A stretch of DNA of 64,000 nucleotides from Anaerolineae bacterium. Lineage in GTDB: Bacteria; Chloroflexota; Anaerolineae; Aggregatilineales; Ch27. A model generated the notes under the pieces. That model had not been told where the DNA came from, searched no databases, and saw nothing but the letters and a program-made list of their open reading frames with translations. Location of the stretch: assembly GCA_013178165.1 (NCBI GenBank), contig JABLXG010000003.1, positions 39,711 through 103,710 on the forward strand, in the 5' to 3' direction. Position numbers and translations under genes: made by a program. Of the stretch, positions 37,620 to 46,825 are shown piece after piece (positions within the stretch are counted from its first letter, which is position 1; each line of letters starts with the position of its first letter).

Positions 37620-38720
37620 TTAGCGGCGAAGATGGACACCACACGAGCGCCGGACGATCAGGCGCGTGGGCAGAATGATCTGCTGCGGCCCGATGGCCTC
37701 GCCCTGAATGCGGTTTATCAGAATCTCAACCGCCGTCCGGCCAATATCGATCGCTGGCTGGGCGACCGTGGTCAGGGGCACTTCCAGGTGAGAGGTAAAA
37801 TCCAGGTTGTCGAAACCGACCACAGCCAGGTCTTCCGGGATGCGCATACCGACACGCCGGGCAGCCTCGTAGACTGCCAGCGCGGTCTGATCGTTAGCGG
37901 CCAGCACCGCCGAGATGCGCGGCTCCTGTTCCAGAAAGCGGCATAGCGGCTCGCGATCGATGGCCGGGTAGCTTTCCACTTCCAGCACCAGCGCCGGATC
38001 AAGGGGGATGCCCGCCTCGGTCAGCGCCCGCTGATAGCCAGCCAGGCGATGCTCGATGCTGATCGACGGGTCCCGCCAGGCGATGAACCCGATTCGGCGA
38101 TGGCCAAGATACAACAGATGTTGCGCTGCTCGCAACATCCCACCGAAATGATCAGACATGACATAGTCGGTGACCACCCCGCGCAGGTAACGATCGATCA
38201 ACACCACGGGGTAGCTGGAACGCACCAGGCTGGCGATCGGCTCCACATGCAGCGAATCTACCGGGTAGATGACCACCCCGGCCAGGTTATGAGCCACCAG
38301 GTCGTTCAACACCTGGGCCTGGCGGTCCGGGTCGTTTTCCACATGCTTGAAGGTCACCGATAACCCGCGCCGGGAAGCCGCTTCCTCCACGCCTAGCAAG
38401 ATCGTCGACACAAACGAATCACGCACATAAGGCACGACAAAACCGATCTGGCGGGTGGAATCGACCTGGGTTCGGGGCTGCTTGCCATCCCAGAGCACAA
38501 AGGTACCCCGCCCGCGCTCGCGCCGGATGTATCCGTCCGCTTCCAGATCAGCCAGCGCCTGACGGATGGTTCCCCGCGCAACGCCGAATTCTTTACATAA
38601 TTCCGGCTCCGGCGGCAGGCTATCCCCCGCCTTCAGCTCGCCACTCAGGATGCGCTGCGTGAGCAGGGCGGCGATCTGCAGGTAGAGCGGCTCGCGTGCG
38701 TCACGCTTCAGTTGGGTCAT
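37620..38720 (-). CDS. AraR-type transcriptional regulator (GntR wHTH plus LacI/PBP1 sugar-binding domain)
   Basis: N-terminus PLYLQIAALLTQRILSGELKAGDSLPPEPELCKEFGVARGTIRQALADLEADGYIRRERGRGTFV is a GntR domain. It is followed by a roughly 280-aa periplasmic-binding-protein-like domain. Confidence 0.88.
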   Translation of the reverse strand: MTQLKRDAREPLYLQIAALLTQRILSGELKAGDSLPPEPELCKEFGVARGTIRQALADLEADGYIRRERGRGTFVLWDGKQPRTQVDSTRQIGFVVPYVRDSFVSTILLGVEEAASRRGLSVTFKHVENDPDRQAQVLNDLVAHNLAGVVIYPVDSLHVEPIASLVRSSYPVVLIDRYLRGVVTDYVMSDHFGGMLRAAQHLLYLGHRRIGFIAWRDPSISIEHRLAGYQRALTEAGIPLDPALVLEVESYPAIDREPLCRFLEQEPRISAVLAANDQTALAVYEAARRVGMRIPEDLAVVGFDNLDFTSHLEVPLTTVAQPAIDIGRTAVEILINRIQGEAIGPQQIILPTRLIVRRSCGVHLRR

Positions 38721-38769
38721 ATGCGGCTCGTCCTGTAACCGTCAAAGATGTTCGAGGGCAACCTCGACA

Positions 38770-38779
38770 TGTCTATACA
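38770..38779. promoter_or_regulatory. operator candidate TGTCTATACA at the regulator's predicted transcription start
   Basis: One mismatch from TGTCTAGACA. The extended ATACAAAT matches 7/8 of the B. subtilis AraR-box half-site GTACAAAT (from memory). Confidence 0.5.
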
Positions 38780-38785
38780 AATTCC

Positions 38786-38814
38786 ATTTTCCGCCGGTTT
38801 GCAGCCCCTGTCAA
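38786..38814 (-). promoter_or_regulatory. candidate promoter of the AraR-type regulator (TTGACA-17-GAAAAT)
   Basis: Perfect -35 (complement of 38809..38814), 17-nt spacer, -10 (complement of 38786..38791). Confidence 0.45.
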
Positions 38815-38834
38815 ATAGACGTCCGCAGGTCTAC
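38815..38834. promoter_or_regulatory. everted repeat ATAGAC-N8-GTCTAC over the kdgK -35 region
   Basis: Read directly. 5/6 complementary half-sites of the same TAGAC/GTCTA word used in the 10-mer operators. Confidence 0.35.
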
Positions 38835-38850
38835 ACGGTGCCTTCCGGGG

Positions 38851-38856
38851 TATAAT
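38851..38856 (+). promoter_or_regulatory. perfect -10 hexamer TATAAT upstream of kdgK (weak -35)
   Basis: TATAAT begins 67 nt upstream of ATG 38918. The -35 position reads GGTCTA. Confidence 0.35.
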
Positions 38857-38870
38857 CAACGCTGCGCGTC

Positions 38871-38905
38871 CCACCAGTGGCGCGCTAGGCGATTATCACT
38901 GGTGG
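38871..38905 (+). promoter_or_regulatory. 5'-UTR stem-loop whose 3' arm abuts or overlaps the kdgK Shine-Dalgarno
   Basis: CCACCAGTG (38871..38879) pairs with CACTGGTGG (38897..38905). The SD GGAGGGGAG follows immediately. Confidence 0.35.
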
Positions 38906-38917
38906 AGGGGAGAGAAA

Positions 38918-39949
38918 ATGAAGAAGATCGTTTGTTTTGGGGAGATCATGCTCCGGCTCTCGCCGCCGGGCTTCCAGCGTTTCGTACAGGCTTCCAGCTT
39001 TGACGTGACCTTCGGCGGGGGCGAAGCCAACGTCGCCGCCTCGCTCAGTGGCTTTGGCCTGCCCACGGAATTCGTCACCCGCCTGCCCGCCCACGAGATC
39101 GGCGACGCCTGCCGGGACTTCCTGCGCCGATACGGCATCGGCACAACCCATATCGTGCGCGGCGGCGACCGGCTGGGCATCTATTTCCTGGAGATGGGCG
39201 CTGCGCAGCGTGGCAGCAAGGTCATCTACGACCGCGCCGGATCGTCCTTTGCGACCATCGAGCCGGGCATGATCGATTGGCATGCTGCCTTCGCCGATGC
39301 AGACTGGTTCCACTGGACGGGCATCACCCCGGCGGTCTCCCGCGGGGCAGCGGAGGCGCTGAGCGAAGCCATCAGCGCGGCCCGCGCCAGAGGACTCACC
39401 ATCTCCTGCGACCTCAACTACCGCAAGAAGCTGTGGAAGTGGGGACGAACGGCCAGCGAAGTCATGCCGGAGCTGGTCAGCCAGTGCGACATCGCGATCG
39501 GCAACGAAGAAGATGCAGACAAGGTCTTCGGGATCAAAGCGCCCGATGCCGATGTCACGGCGGGCCGGGTAGAAGCGGCCTCTTACGTCAGCGTATGCGA
39601 GCAGCTCAAGGCTCGCTTCCCCAACCTGCAGACTATCGCCATCACCCTGCGCGGCTCAATCTCGGCCAGCCATAACCGCTGGAGCGCGCTCCTGTGGCAT
39701 GACGGTCAGGTTTACACCACGCCCGGCTATGAGATCACCCCGATCGTCGACCGCGTCGGCGGCGGCGATAGTTTCATGGGCGGTCTGATCTACGGCCTCA
39801 AGACCTACGAGAGCAAGCAGAAAGCGCTGGACTTCGCCGTGGCCGCTTCCTGCCTCAAGCACACCATCTTCGGCGACTTCAACCTGGTTAGCGTAGCCGA
39901 AGTTGAGACGCTGATGAAGGGTGACGCCTCCGGGCGGGTCAGCCGCTGA
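38918..39949 (+). CDS. kdgK: 2-dehydro-3-deoxygluconokinase (PfkB family)
   Basis: [21 protein letters not shown]...FGGGEANVA is the typical KdgK N-terminus. GGGDSF motif near the C-terminus. Confidence 0.88.
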   Translation: MKKIVCFGEIMLRLSPPGFQRFVQASSFDVTFGGGEANVAASLSGFGLPTEFVTRLPAHEIGDACRDFLRRYGIGTTHIVRGGDRLGIYFLEMGAAQRGSKVIYDRAGSSFATIEPGMIDWHAAFADADWFHWTGITPAVSRGAAEALSEAISAARARGLTISCDLNYRKKLWKWGRTASEVMPELVSQCDIAIGNEEDADKVFGIKAPDADVTAGRVEAASYVSVCEQLKARFPNLQTIAITLRGSISASHNRWSALLWHDGQVYTTPGYEITPIVDRVGGGDSFMGGLIYGLKTYESKQKALDFAVAASCLKHTIFGDFNLVSVAEVETLMKGDASGRVSR

Positions 39950-39984
39950 GGCGGCGCGCCGCCCCAGAACCGAGGAGAAAAAGC

Positions 39985-41001
39985 ATGAAAGCCGTGGTCT
40001 TCACCGGCCCGGAGCAGATCAACATCACACGCGTGCCCGATCCCACCCCTGCGCCGGATGAGGTCGTGATCCGTGTCGCCCAGGCAGGCATCTGCGGCAC
40101 AGACGTGCACATCTACCGCAACGAATACCTGTCCGACTTCCCGCTGATCCCCGGCCACGAGTTCGGGGGAACGGTGGTCGCCATGGGGCAGGAAGCTGGC
40201 AGCGACCTGGCGGTCGGGGATCGCGTGGCGGCTGACCCCAACCTGTACTGCATGCACTGCGACTTTTGCCGCAACGAGCAGGCCAACCACTGCCGCAACT
40301 GGCAGGGCGTAGGAGTCACCCGGGATGGAGCCTTCGCTGAATACGTGGCCGTCCCGGCGCGGGCCTGCTACCGCCTGCCGGAGTCCATCAACGACACGGC
40401 GGCGGCTTTTGTGGAGCCGCTGGCCTGTGTGGTGCATGCCCTCAAGCGCCTGCCGGTCAGCCCGGCTGATCGGGTGCTGATCATTGGCGCGGGGCCGATG
40501 GGGTTGCTGCTGGTGCAGGCGCTGCGCCATGGCGGAGCCTCCGACATCACCGTACTGGAAAAGCAGCCCGCCCGGCTGCAACTGGCCGCTGAGATGGGCG
40601 CGGACGCCCTGATCCCCGCTGGCGAGGATCAGACGGAGATGCTGCGGGCGCGGGCACCTTATGGGTACGACGTCGTGATCGACGCCACTGGTGTGCCGGC
40701 GGTCATCGAAAGCGCCTTCGCCTACCTCAGGCCGCGCGGGCGCTTCCTGCAGTTCGGCGTCACCCCCCGGAACGCCCGGATCCAGATCAGCCCCTACGAT
40801 CTGTTCCACAACGACTGGACGATCATCGGCTCGTTCGCCCTGTGCTATACCTTCCTGCCGGCCATCGACTGGCTGGCAAACGGCGTCATCCGGGTTGAGC
40901 GGCTGGTCAGCGATATCGCGCCACTGGAGGACTTCGCTGACGTGTTCCACCGCTTTGCGGCAGGCGAAACACTTAAGGTACACATCCGCCCGGCAGGCTG
41001 A
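39985..41001 (+). CDS. zinc-dependent MDR alcohol/polyol dehydrogenase
   Basis: [16 protein letters not shown], the structural-zinc Cys cluster [15 protein letters not shown] and GAGPMG are present. Confidence 0.88.
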   Translation: MKAVVFTGPEQINITRVPDPTPAPDEVVIRVAQAGICGTDVHIYRNEYLSDFPLIPGHEFGGTVVAMGQEAGSDLAVGDRVAADPNLYCMHCDFCRNEQANHCRNWQGVGVTRDGAFAEYVAVPARACYRLPESINDTAAAFVEPLACVVHALKRLPVSPADRVLIIGAGPMGLLLVQALRHGGASDITVLEKQPARLQLAAEMGADALIPAGEDQTEMLRARAPYGYDVVIDATGVPAVIESAFAYLRPRGRFLQFGVTPRNARIQISPYDLFHNDWTIIGSFALCYTFLPAIDWLANGVIRVERLVSDIAPLEDFADVFHRFAAGETLKVHIRPAG

Positions 41002-41066
41002 GCCAGTCCGGCCAGATCGGTATTCGCCCGGTTGGTCCGCCCTGGCCCGGCAAGAGCCAGGAATCA

Positions 41067-41096
41067 AGGAGCCTGCCCGTGTGGGAGCAGGCTCCT
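41067..41096. terminator. 10-bp stem-loop between convergent ADH and isomerase genes
   Basis: AGGAGCCTGC (41067..41076) pairs with GCAGGCTCCT (41087..41096). Confidence 0.4.
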
Positions 41097-41129
41097 GATC
41101 CGTTGCGCCGGTGTTCTGAAGGGGATGTG

Positions 41130-42782
41130 CTACAGGTTGACCGTCCCGCACAGGTGCACCTGCACGCCCATCGCGTCAAACATGGCCGCCTTGGCCGCCA
41201 GCGCCCGGTCGGCATCGGCGGCTGAGGGCGCGTAAGCGACCTGGATGTGATTGGCCTTGTGTCGGGCCATCAGCTGGTCGCGGCTCACCCCGTGCAGCAC
41301 GGCGTGCATGATCGGCCATTGCGGCGTGGTGGCCTGCCAGCGACGTTCTGTTTCTTCACGCGGCAACCTGACGGCCGTCCCGCGCCCCAGGTCGGCGTGC
41401 AACGCGCCGCCCATCACATATACCCGGCTCCAGACGATCTCGCCGGGCTTGCTGACGCCCTTGATCGTGCCGCCGCCCAGGCGGAAGTACATCGGCGGCT
41501 GGCGCTCGCTGCTGGCCCCGGCGTAGCCGCCCTCCAGATGTGAAGGCGGTACCGCGCCGGAGATCATGAAGACCCACACGAAGTCATCCACGCCGTCGCC
41601 GCGGTAGTGCTCGCCCCAGCGCACGTCATGCAGGGTAGTCGCCGGGTCAAAGCCCATTGCCGTCCATACGCGGTTGGTGACCAGCGCATCGACCGCTGCG
41701 CCTTCATCCACCTCGTTGAAGTGCGGCAGGGGCCGACCCGCGTACAGTTCCTTGCCGGTACGGGGATCGTAGACCGGCGGACGCTCGACGTTATTGAGCA
41801 GCCCTTCAGCCAGATCGGAAGCCGGGGCCATGTCCTTGAGACCCTGCTGGTACTGGATGCCGATCGCGTCGCAGCCGAAGTCATGGGCGATCCGCATCGC
41901 CGCGATGTACATCTTGCACTGTTCCAGAATCTGGCCGTCGGTGAGATCGGTTTCCTCGTTTGGCCCGGTCACGAAGGTCATCCCCCGCGCGTCCAGCCAG
42001 TCACGGACGGCCTGCGCCTCCGCGTCGGAAACCTGTCGCATGGCGGCCACCAGCGCCGACTGGCTCAGGCGCTCCTTGTACAGACCAGCCGGGTTGAGCA
42101 GTTCATCGTCGATGATAGCGTTGTACATGCCCATGCAGCCTTCGTCAAAGATGCCCAGGATGGCCTTATCATGGGCGATCTGACGGGCCAGAGCGCGGCC
42201 CAGCGCCGCCTCCGCCGCCGGCAGCCGGGCGGGATCAAGATCGCGGACATGGCTGAGATCGTGATCGATCTTGCCTTCACGCAACCACTGGCGGATGCCC
42301 CGGAGGAAATACTCATCCGTGAAGTCAACGCTCCAGATCGTGCTGTAGTTGACGCCCATCTTGGTCAGCGAGCCGTTCAGGTTCAGCAACCCGACCAGCC
42401 CCGGCCACTGACCGCTCCAGTTGGCTACCGTGAGGATTGGCCCCCGGTGGCTGCGCAGCCCGGCCAGCACATGGTGGCTGTACTGCCACACCGATTCGGC
42501 CACGATCAGGCGTGCGTCCGGGTGAATGTGCTTGAAGACATCCATGCCCATCCGCTGGCTGGAGATAAAGCCATGCTTCTCAACCGGATCGTAGGGGTGG
42601 CCGCGGCGCACGGTATAGCCTTCCCGCGCAAACGCGGCGATCACCCGCCGTTCCATGTCTTCCTGGGCCGGCCAGCACATCTGGTTGGCCGAGAGGCGCA
42701 GATCGCCGCTGGCAACCAGGATGATCTCTTTTTCGCCGACAGGCGCCGGAGTCTCTAGCTGTGGCAAGGCATAGGCCATCAT
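41130..42782 (-). CDS. L-fucose-isomerase-family aldose-ketose isomerase
   Basis: 550 aa. N-terminal ILVASGDLRLSANQ...HGFISSQRMG...TVANWSGQWPGLVGLLNLNGSL follows the FucI-family domain order, from memory. Substrate unknown. Confidence 0.7.
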   Translation of the reverse strand: MMAYALPQLETPAPVGEKEIILVASGDLRLSANQMCWPAQEDMERRVIAAFAREGYTVRRGHPYDPVEKHGFISSQRMGMDVFKHIHPDARLIVAESVWQYSHHVLAGLRSHRGPILTVANWSGQWPGLVGLLNLNGSLTKMGVNYSTIWSVDFTDEYFLRGIRQWLREGKIDHDLSHVRDLDPARLPAAEAALGRALARQIAHDKAILGIFDEGCMGMYNAIIDDELLNPAGLYKERLSQSALVAAMRQVSDAEAQAVRDWLDARGMTFVTGPNEETDLTDGQILEQCKMYIAAMRIAHDFGCDAIGIQYQQGLKDMAPASDLAEGLLNNVERPPVYDPRTGKELYAGRPLPHFNEVDEGAAVDALVTNRVWTAMGFDPATTLHDVRWGEHYRGDGVDDFVWVFMISGAVPPSHLEGGYAGASSERQPPMYFRLGGGTIKGVSKPGEIVWSRVYVMGGALHADLGRGTAVRLPREETERRWQATTPQWPIMHAVLHGVSRDQLMARHKANHIQVAYAPSAADADRALAAKAAMFDAMGVQVHLCGTVNL

Positions 42783-42855
42783 TTCTCCTCCTTATCACTT
42801 CCCGCGGCAGCAGTCCCGCGCCGGGATAGCCAGCGCCACCGATCTGCGGGCCAGT

Positions 42856-43524
42856 CTACCGCCGGACCCGCCCTTCGAACGGGATACGATCCCACCTGCG
42901 CTCAAAGTCCTCGATCCAGGCGTCGGTCAGATCACTCTTGAACATCTGTTGCAGGACATCGTAGAACACCACAATGGCGTGTGCCCCGGCCAGCAGGCAG
43001 GCTTCCGCCTGGGCCGGATTGCGGACGCTGGCGGCGACGATCTGTGTGGGGATGTCATGAAGGGTGTAGAGTGTGGCGATGTCCTCGATCAGGCCAGCCG
43101 CATCCTGGCCGGCGCTCTCGATGCGGCCATAGTACGGGGCCACATACGCCGCCCCCGCCGCCGCCGCCAGAAAGGCCTGATTCAGGCTGCTCACCGCTGT
43201 GACCAGCGGCCTGACGCCCTCCTGCGCCAAGCGGTTAGCCGCCGCGATGCCATCGGGCGTGGCCACCAGCTTGGGCAGGATGCGGGGCGAGATGCGACGC
43301 AGCACATCCATCTCGCGCAGGTAGGCGTCCACATCCGGGCCATGCAATTGCACGAAAACGGGCACGCTGACCCGCCGGCAGGTCTCCGCCACCACATCTT
43401 CCAGCGTCCGCCCGCCCGCCGTCCAGTCCGCGATAATGATCGGATTGGTGGCCACCGCCGCGGCGACGCCGCTTTCCACCGCGGCCACCACTTCGTCAAT
43501 CGTGCCGGAAATCCACAGTTCCAA
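42856..43524 (-). CDS. transaldolase-superfamily protein, short FSA/TalC subfamily with FSA-type residues
   Basis: Aligns with E. coli FsaA from memory: (M)ELWISG.., ATNPI, VFVQLHG (Gln), ILPKLVATPDG (Schiff-base Lys), APYYGRI (Tyr). I chose TTG 43524, which is 9 nt after GGAGG. The ORF extends to ATG 43656 without an SD. Confidence 0.75.
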   Translation of the reverse strand: MELWISGTIDEVVAAVESGVAAAVATNPIIIADWTAGGRTLEDVVAETCRRVSVPVFVQLHGPDVDAYLREMDVLRRISPRILPKLVATPDGIAAANRLAQEGVRPLVTAVSSLNQAFLAAAAGAAYVAPYYGRIESAGQDAAGLIEDIATLYTLHDIPTQIVAASVRNPAQAEACLLAGAHAIVVFYDVLQQMFKSDLTDAWIEDFERRWDRIPFEGRVRR

Positions 43525-43667
43525 AGTGCTCAACCTCCTGCCGTCACCACAATATTGCTGGGCGCGGCCCTCATCAGCCCGCAAACCGGACCGGATTCGA
43601 TTTACAATGGGAGCAGGTTCCATGAGACCGGGGGGCATCCCGCCGGCCCTGCGCAAAGGAGCGCCCG

Positions 43668-44087
43668 ATGCTCACTTCCCGCCTGATCCACCCGGAGATT
43701 CTTGCTGCGCTGGCCGCTTCTGGTCATGGCGGCAAAATCCTGATCGCCGATGGCAACTACCCCTTCAGCACGCGAGCCAACGCCGCTGCCCGTCGAGTAT
43801 ACCTCAACCTGTGTCCCGGCAAACTGAGCGTGACTGATGTGCTGGAAGTGCTGGTGGGAGCGATCCCGATCGAGGCGGCAGATGTGATGGTCACCGATAG
43901 CGGCCAGGAGCCGGAGATCTATGCCGACTTCCGCCGCCTGTTGCCCGGTCTGGCGCTGACAGCCAACCAGCGGGCCGACTTCTACCGCAAGGCTCACGAC
44001 CCTGATGTGTGCCTGGTCATCGCCACCGGCGAACAGCGGCTCTTTGCCAACATCCTGCTGACCATCGGCGTCGTCCCGCCCGGCTGA
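43668..44087 (+). CDS. RbsD/FucU-family sugar mutarotase
   Basis: LIHPEILAALAASGHGGKILIADGNYP...LFANILLTIGVV is typical of FucU/RbsD. 139 aa. Confidence 0.85.
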   Translation: MLTSRLIHPEILAALAASGHGGKILIADGNYPFSTRANAAARRVYLNLCPGKLSVTDVLEVLVGAIPIEAADVMVTDSGQEPEIYADFRRLLPGLALTANQRADFYRKAHDPDVCLVIATGEQRLFANILLTIGVVPPG

Positions 44088-44134
44088 GCGATCACCGGCC
44101 AGGCCGGAATACCCAGCCTGCGGACAACACCGAT

Positions 44135-44524
44135 TCAGGCCGCCGCTTCCCAGGCTGCCCGCAACCAGCCGCGGACCTCTTCATCAATCCCGGCGAGATC
44201 GTACAGCTCCAGGTGATGGGTGAAACGCCCGGGCGCAGGCTCTACGATCTCTTTCCAGCGCGGCGAAGAGTCTCGCCACGGCAGGGCGATGGTCAGCACC
44301 ACCGGCGCGGTGCGGCCCTTCAGGTAGCGGTCGGGCATCCAGACCCAGGCAAAAGCACGCCGTCGGCGGAAAGCGATCTCGCTCCTGGTGACGCGGATGC
44401 TCGTCCCACCGAGGGCCTCCACCTCCGCCCGGATGGCCAGAAAAAGCTTTTCCGGCAGGGGCTTGCCGGAAAAGAACACTTCGGGTGTCAGGAGTTGCTC
44501 CAAGCGCCTTCTCCCTGGCCGCAT
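44135..44524 (-). CDS. DUF5655-like small protein
   Basis: 129-aa ORF. The pattern (F.AIRAEVEALGG....VTRSEIAFRRRRAFAWVW) recalls DUF5655. Family call from memory only. Confidence 0.55.
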   Translation of the reverse strand: MRPGRRRLEQLLTPEVFFSGKPLPEKLFLAIRAEVEALGGTSIRVTRSEIAFRRRRAFAWVWMPDRYLKGRTAPVVLTIALPWRDSSPRWKEIVEPAPGRFTHHLELYDLAGIDEEVRGWLRAAWEAAA

Positions 44525-44577
44525 TCAGGCATCCGGGGGCCTGCCCCCATCCCGGAACAGGCCCTCGCCAGAACGCT

Positions 44578-45255
44578 TTACTTCCTGGCCCGGATAGCCC
44601 GGATCAGTTCCAGAGCCGCGCGGGTGGCTTCCGTGATTTTCTGGTAATCGCCAGCGGCGATCCAGTCGCTACGCACCAGCTGGCTGCCCATCCCCACGCA
44701 GGCGACACCCGCCTCAAACCAGCCGCGCAGGTTGGCTTCGTCCGGGCTGACACCGCCAGTCGGCATGATCCGCGTCCAGGGGCGCGGCGCGCGCACCGCC
44801 TTGACGAACTCCGGCCCGCCGGCGGTATTGCCGGGGAACAGCTTGACGATCTCCACGCCCCACTCTTCGGCCTGGGCCACTTCGGTGAGCGAGCTGCAGC
44901 CGGGGAAGTAAGCCACTTTGCGCCGGTTGCACAGCCGGGCTACTTCTTCGTTGAAGACCGGGCCGACGACGAAGTTGGCCCCGTGCGCCAGGTACAGCGC
45001 CGCTGTCGGCGCGTCTTCCACCGACCCCACCCCGATGATCATCTCCGGGTGAGCTTTGGCGCAGTGCTTGATCAGGGCACTGAAGACCTCGATGGCGAAG
45101 TCGCCGCGGTTGGTGAATTCCAGCATCCGGCAACCCCCAGCAGCCAGCGCCGCCACCACCTGCTTGGCAACCTCGATATCCCCGTGATAGAAGAGGGGAA
45201 CCATGCCATCGGCCAGGGCCGTGTTGTACACCGTCAACCGATCAAAACGTGCCAC
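44578..45255 (-). CDS. eda: 2-dehydro-3-deoxyphosphogluconate / 4-hydroxy-2-oxoglutarate aldolase
   Basis: 225 aa. The MLEFTNRG...VGSV...FVVGP...PGC.S..E...A...G..IVKLFP pattern is that of KDPG aldolases. Confidence 0.85.
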   Translation of the reverse strand: MARFDRLTVYNTALADGMVPLFYHGDIEVAKQVVAALAAGGCRMLEFTNRGDFAIEVFSALIKHCAKAHPEMIIGVGSVEDAPTAALYLAHGANFVVGPVFNEEVARLCNRRKVAYFPGCSSLTEVAQAEEWGVEIVKLFPGNTAGGPEFVKAVRAPRPWTRIMPTGGVSPDEANLRGWFEAGVACVGMGSQLVRSDWIAAGDYQKITEATRAALELIRAIRARK

Positions 45256-45269
45256 AGGATGTGTCCTTT

Positions 45270-46805
45270 CTAATCCAGGTGAGCTTCAGCGATCCGGTCA
45301 TAAACCGGCACCAGCGCCTGGTACGCCGCCTCAAAGATCGGGTAGATTTCCTCGTACACTGCCTGCGCCGCCGGATCCGGCGTGAACACCTCGACCACCC
45401 GGTTCATCGTCTCGATCATACTGAAGTCCGGGTACAGGCCAACGCCGACGCCCCCGGCCAGCGCCGCGCCCATTGATGTGGCCTCCTCCAGGATCGCCAG
45501 CCGATGCACCGGGATACCGTAGATATCGGCCATCATCTGGTTCCAGAAGCGCCCACGCGCTCCGCCCCCGATCACGCGCATCGCCTCGATCGACGTGCCC
45601 TGCGCCCGGAAGGCGTCCAGGATCACCCGCAGGTTCATGGTCACACCTTCCAGCACAGCACGGATCATATCAGCGCGGGTATGGCGGACGGTCAGGCCGA
45701 TGAACGCGCCGCGGGCGCGAGGATTCCAGCGCGGGCTGCGCTCGCCCAGCAGGTACGGCAGGTAGAGCAGGCCGTTGGCGCCCGGTGGCGACTTTTGGGC
45801 CTGCAGGTTCATCAGTTCGTACGGGCTGACTCCCAGCGCGGCGGCGGCTTCCACCTCCGGCTGGCACAGCCGGTCGCGCGTCCACTGGTAAGAGGCACCG
45901 GCGGCCTGCATTGTACCGGTCGGCATGACCATCCCCGGCACCACATGACCGAACGTGAAGGTCTTGTAGTCGGGATCGTAGATCGGCTTCGGCGTGGTCA
46001 GGGCGATCCAGGAGGATGAGCCGACGTAGTTATAGGCCGAACCATCGCGGATCACGCCTGCCCCTGCCGCCGCGCAGGCCCCATCCCCACCACCGATCAC
46101 AACCGGTGTCCCGGCGGGTACACCCACCTCCTCCGCCACAGCGGGCAGCACTTCGCCCACCACTTCGATCGAGCGGCGGATGGTCGGGAGTTGCTCCTCG
46201 CTCAGCCCCACCGCATCCAGGATACGCGCCGACCAGGCATCCCGCTCCAGATCGTACAGGTTCATGCTGGAGGCATCAGAGGGGTCGGTCACGAAAGCGC
46301 CGGTCAGGCGGGCCACCATGGAGTCTTTGGCGTGGACGAACTTGTAGGTAGCCCGGTAAATATCCGGCTGGTTGTCGCGCAGCCACAGGATTTTGGTCAG
46401 TGAATAAGAACTGCTCAGGCGGTGCCCGGTGATGCGGTAGACCTCCTCAAACGGGACACGCTCCCCCACCCAGGCCGCCTGTTCCACCGAGCGGACATCC
46501 GCCCAGATGATCGCGCTACGCAGGGGACGTGCCCGGCGGTCCAGCGGTACACAGCCCATCATCTGCCCGCTGAAGGTGATACAGGCGATCTCGTCTCCGC
46601 GCACGCCGGTCTGGCTCAGCAACGCCCGTGTGGATGCGCATACCGCCTGCCACCAGTCCTCCGGGTTCTGCTCAGCCCAGCCGGTCTGGGCGTATTCAGT
46701 GGCGTAAGCGTAAAATGCACTGCCCACCAGCCTGCCCTCACGGTCGTAGAGCGTTGCCTTGTTGCCGGTGGTGCCCAGGTCATGCGCCAGCACGTAGAGC
46801 TTCAT
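45270..46805 (-). CDS. FGGY-family carbohydrate kinase (xylulokinase-like)
   Basis: MKLYVLAHDLGTTGNKATLYD and the GGGDGACAAAGAG motif. ATG 46805 follows GGGGGAG. The longer ORF (to 46940) overlaps the upstream gene. Confidence 0.88.
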   Translation of the reverse strand: MKLYVLAHDLGTTGNKATLYDREGRLVGSAFYAYATEYAQTGWAEQNPEDWWQAVCASTRALLSQTGVRGDEIACITFSGQMMGCVPLDRRARPLRSAIIWADVRSVEQAAWVGERVPFEEVYRITGHRLSSSYSLTKILWLRDNQPDIYRATYKFVHAKDSMVARLTGAFVTDPSDASSMNLYDLERDAWSARILDAVGLSEEQLPTIRRSIEVVGEVLPAVAEEVGVPAGTPVVIGGGDGACAAAGAGVIRDGSAYNYVGSSSWIALTTPKPIYDPDYKTFTFGHVVPGMVMPTGTMQAAGASYQWTRDRLCQPEVEAAAALGVSPYELMNLQAQKSPPGANGLLYLPYLLGERSPRWNPRARGAFIGLTVRHTRADMIRAVLEGVTMNLRVILDAFRAQGTSIEAMRVIGGGARGRFWNQMMADIYGIPVHRLAILEEATSMGAALAGGVGVGLYPDFSMIETMNRVVEVFTPDPAAQAVYEEIYPIFEAAYQALVPVYDRIAEAHLD

Positions 46806-46825
46806 AGGTTCTCCCCCGCTGGCGG

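Noticed and set aside
35184-43524. Sulfoquinovose (sulfo-TAL-like) pathway idea: a GH31 enzyme plus a transaldolase-family protein plus an isomerase and reductases.
   Set aside because: The GH31 aligns with the YicI-type alpha-xylosidase block (HLDCYWQRFGCWSDMVWD), not with the sulfoquinovosidase sulfonate-binding pattern as I remember it. It is in a different transcription unit. The transaldolase-family protein has aldolase-type (Gln/Tyr) residues. No sulfolactaldehyde dehydrogenase or sulfonate exporter is present.
43549-43556. 8-bp palindrome CAATATTG upstream of the FSA-like gene, and a TACAAT hexamer at 43603..43608.
   Set aside because: 8-bp palindromes are frequent by chance. No acceptable -35 accompanies the TACAAT. 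The region may even be coding if ATG 43656 is the real start.
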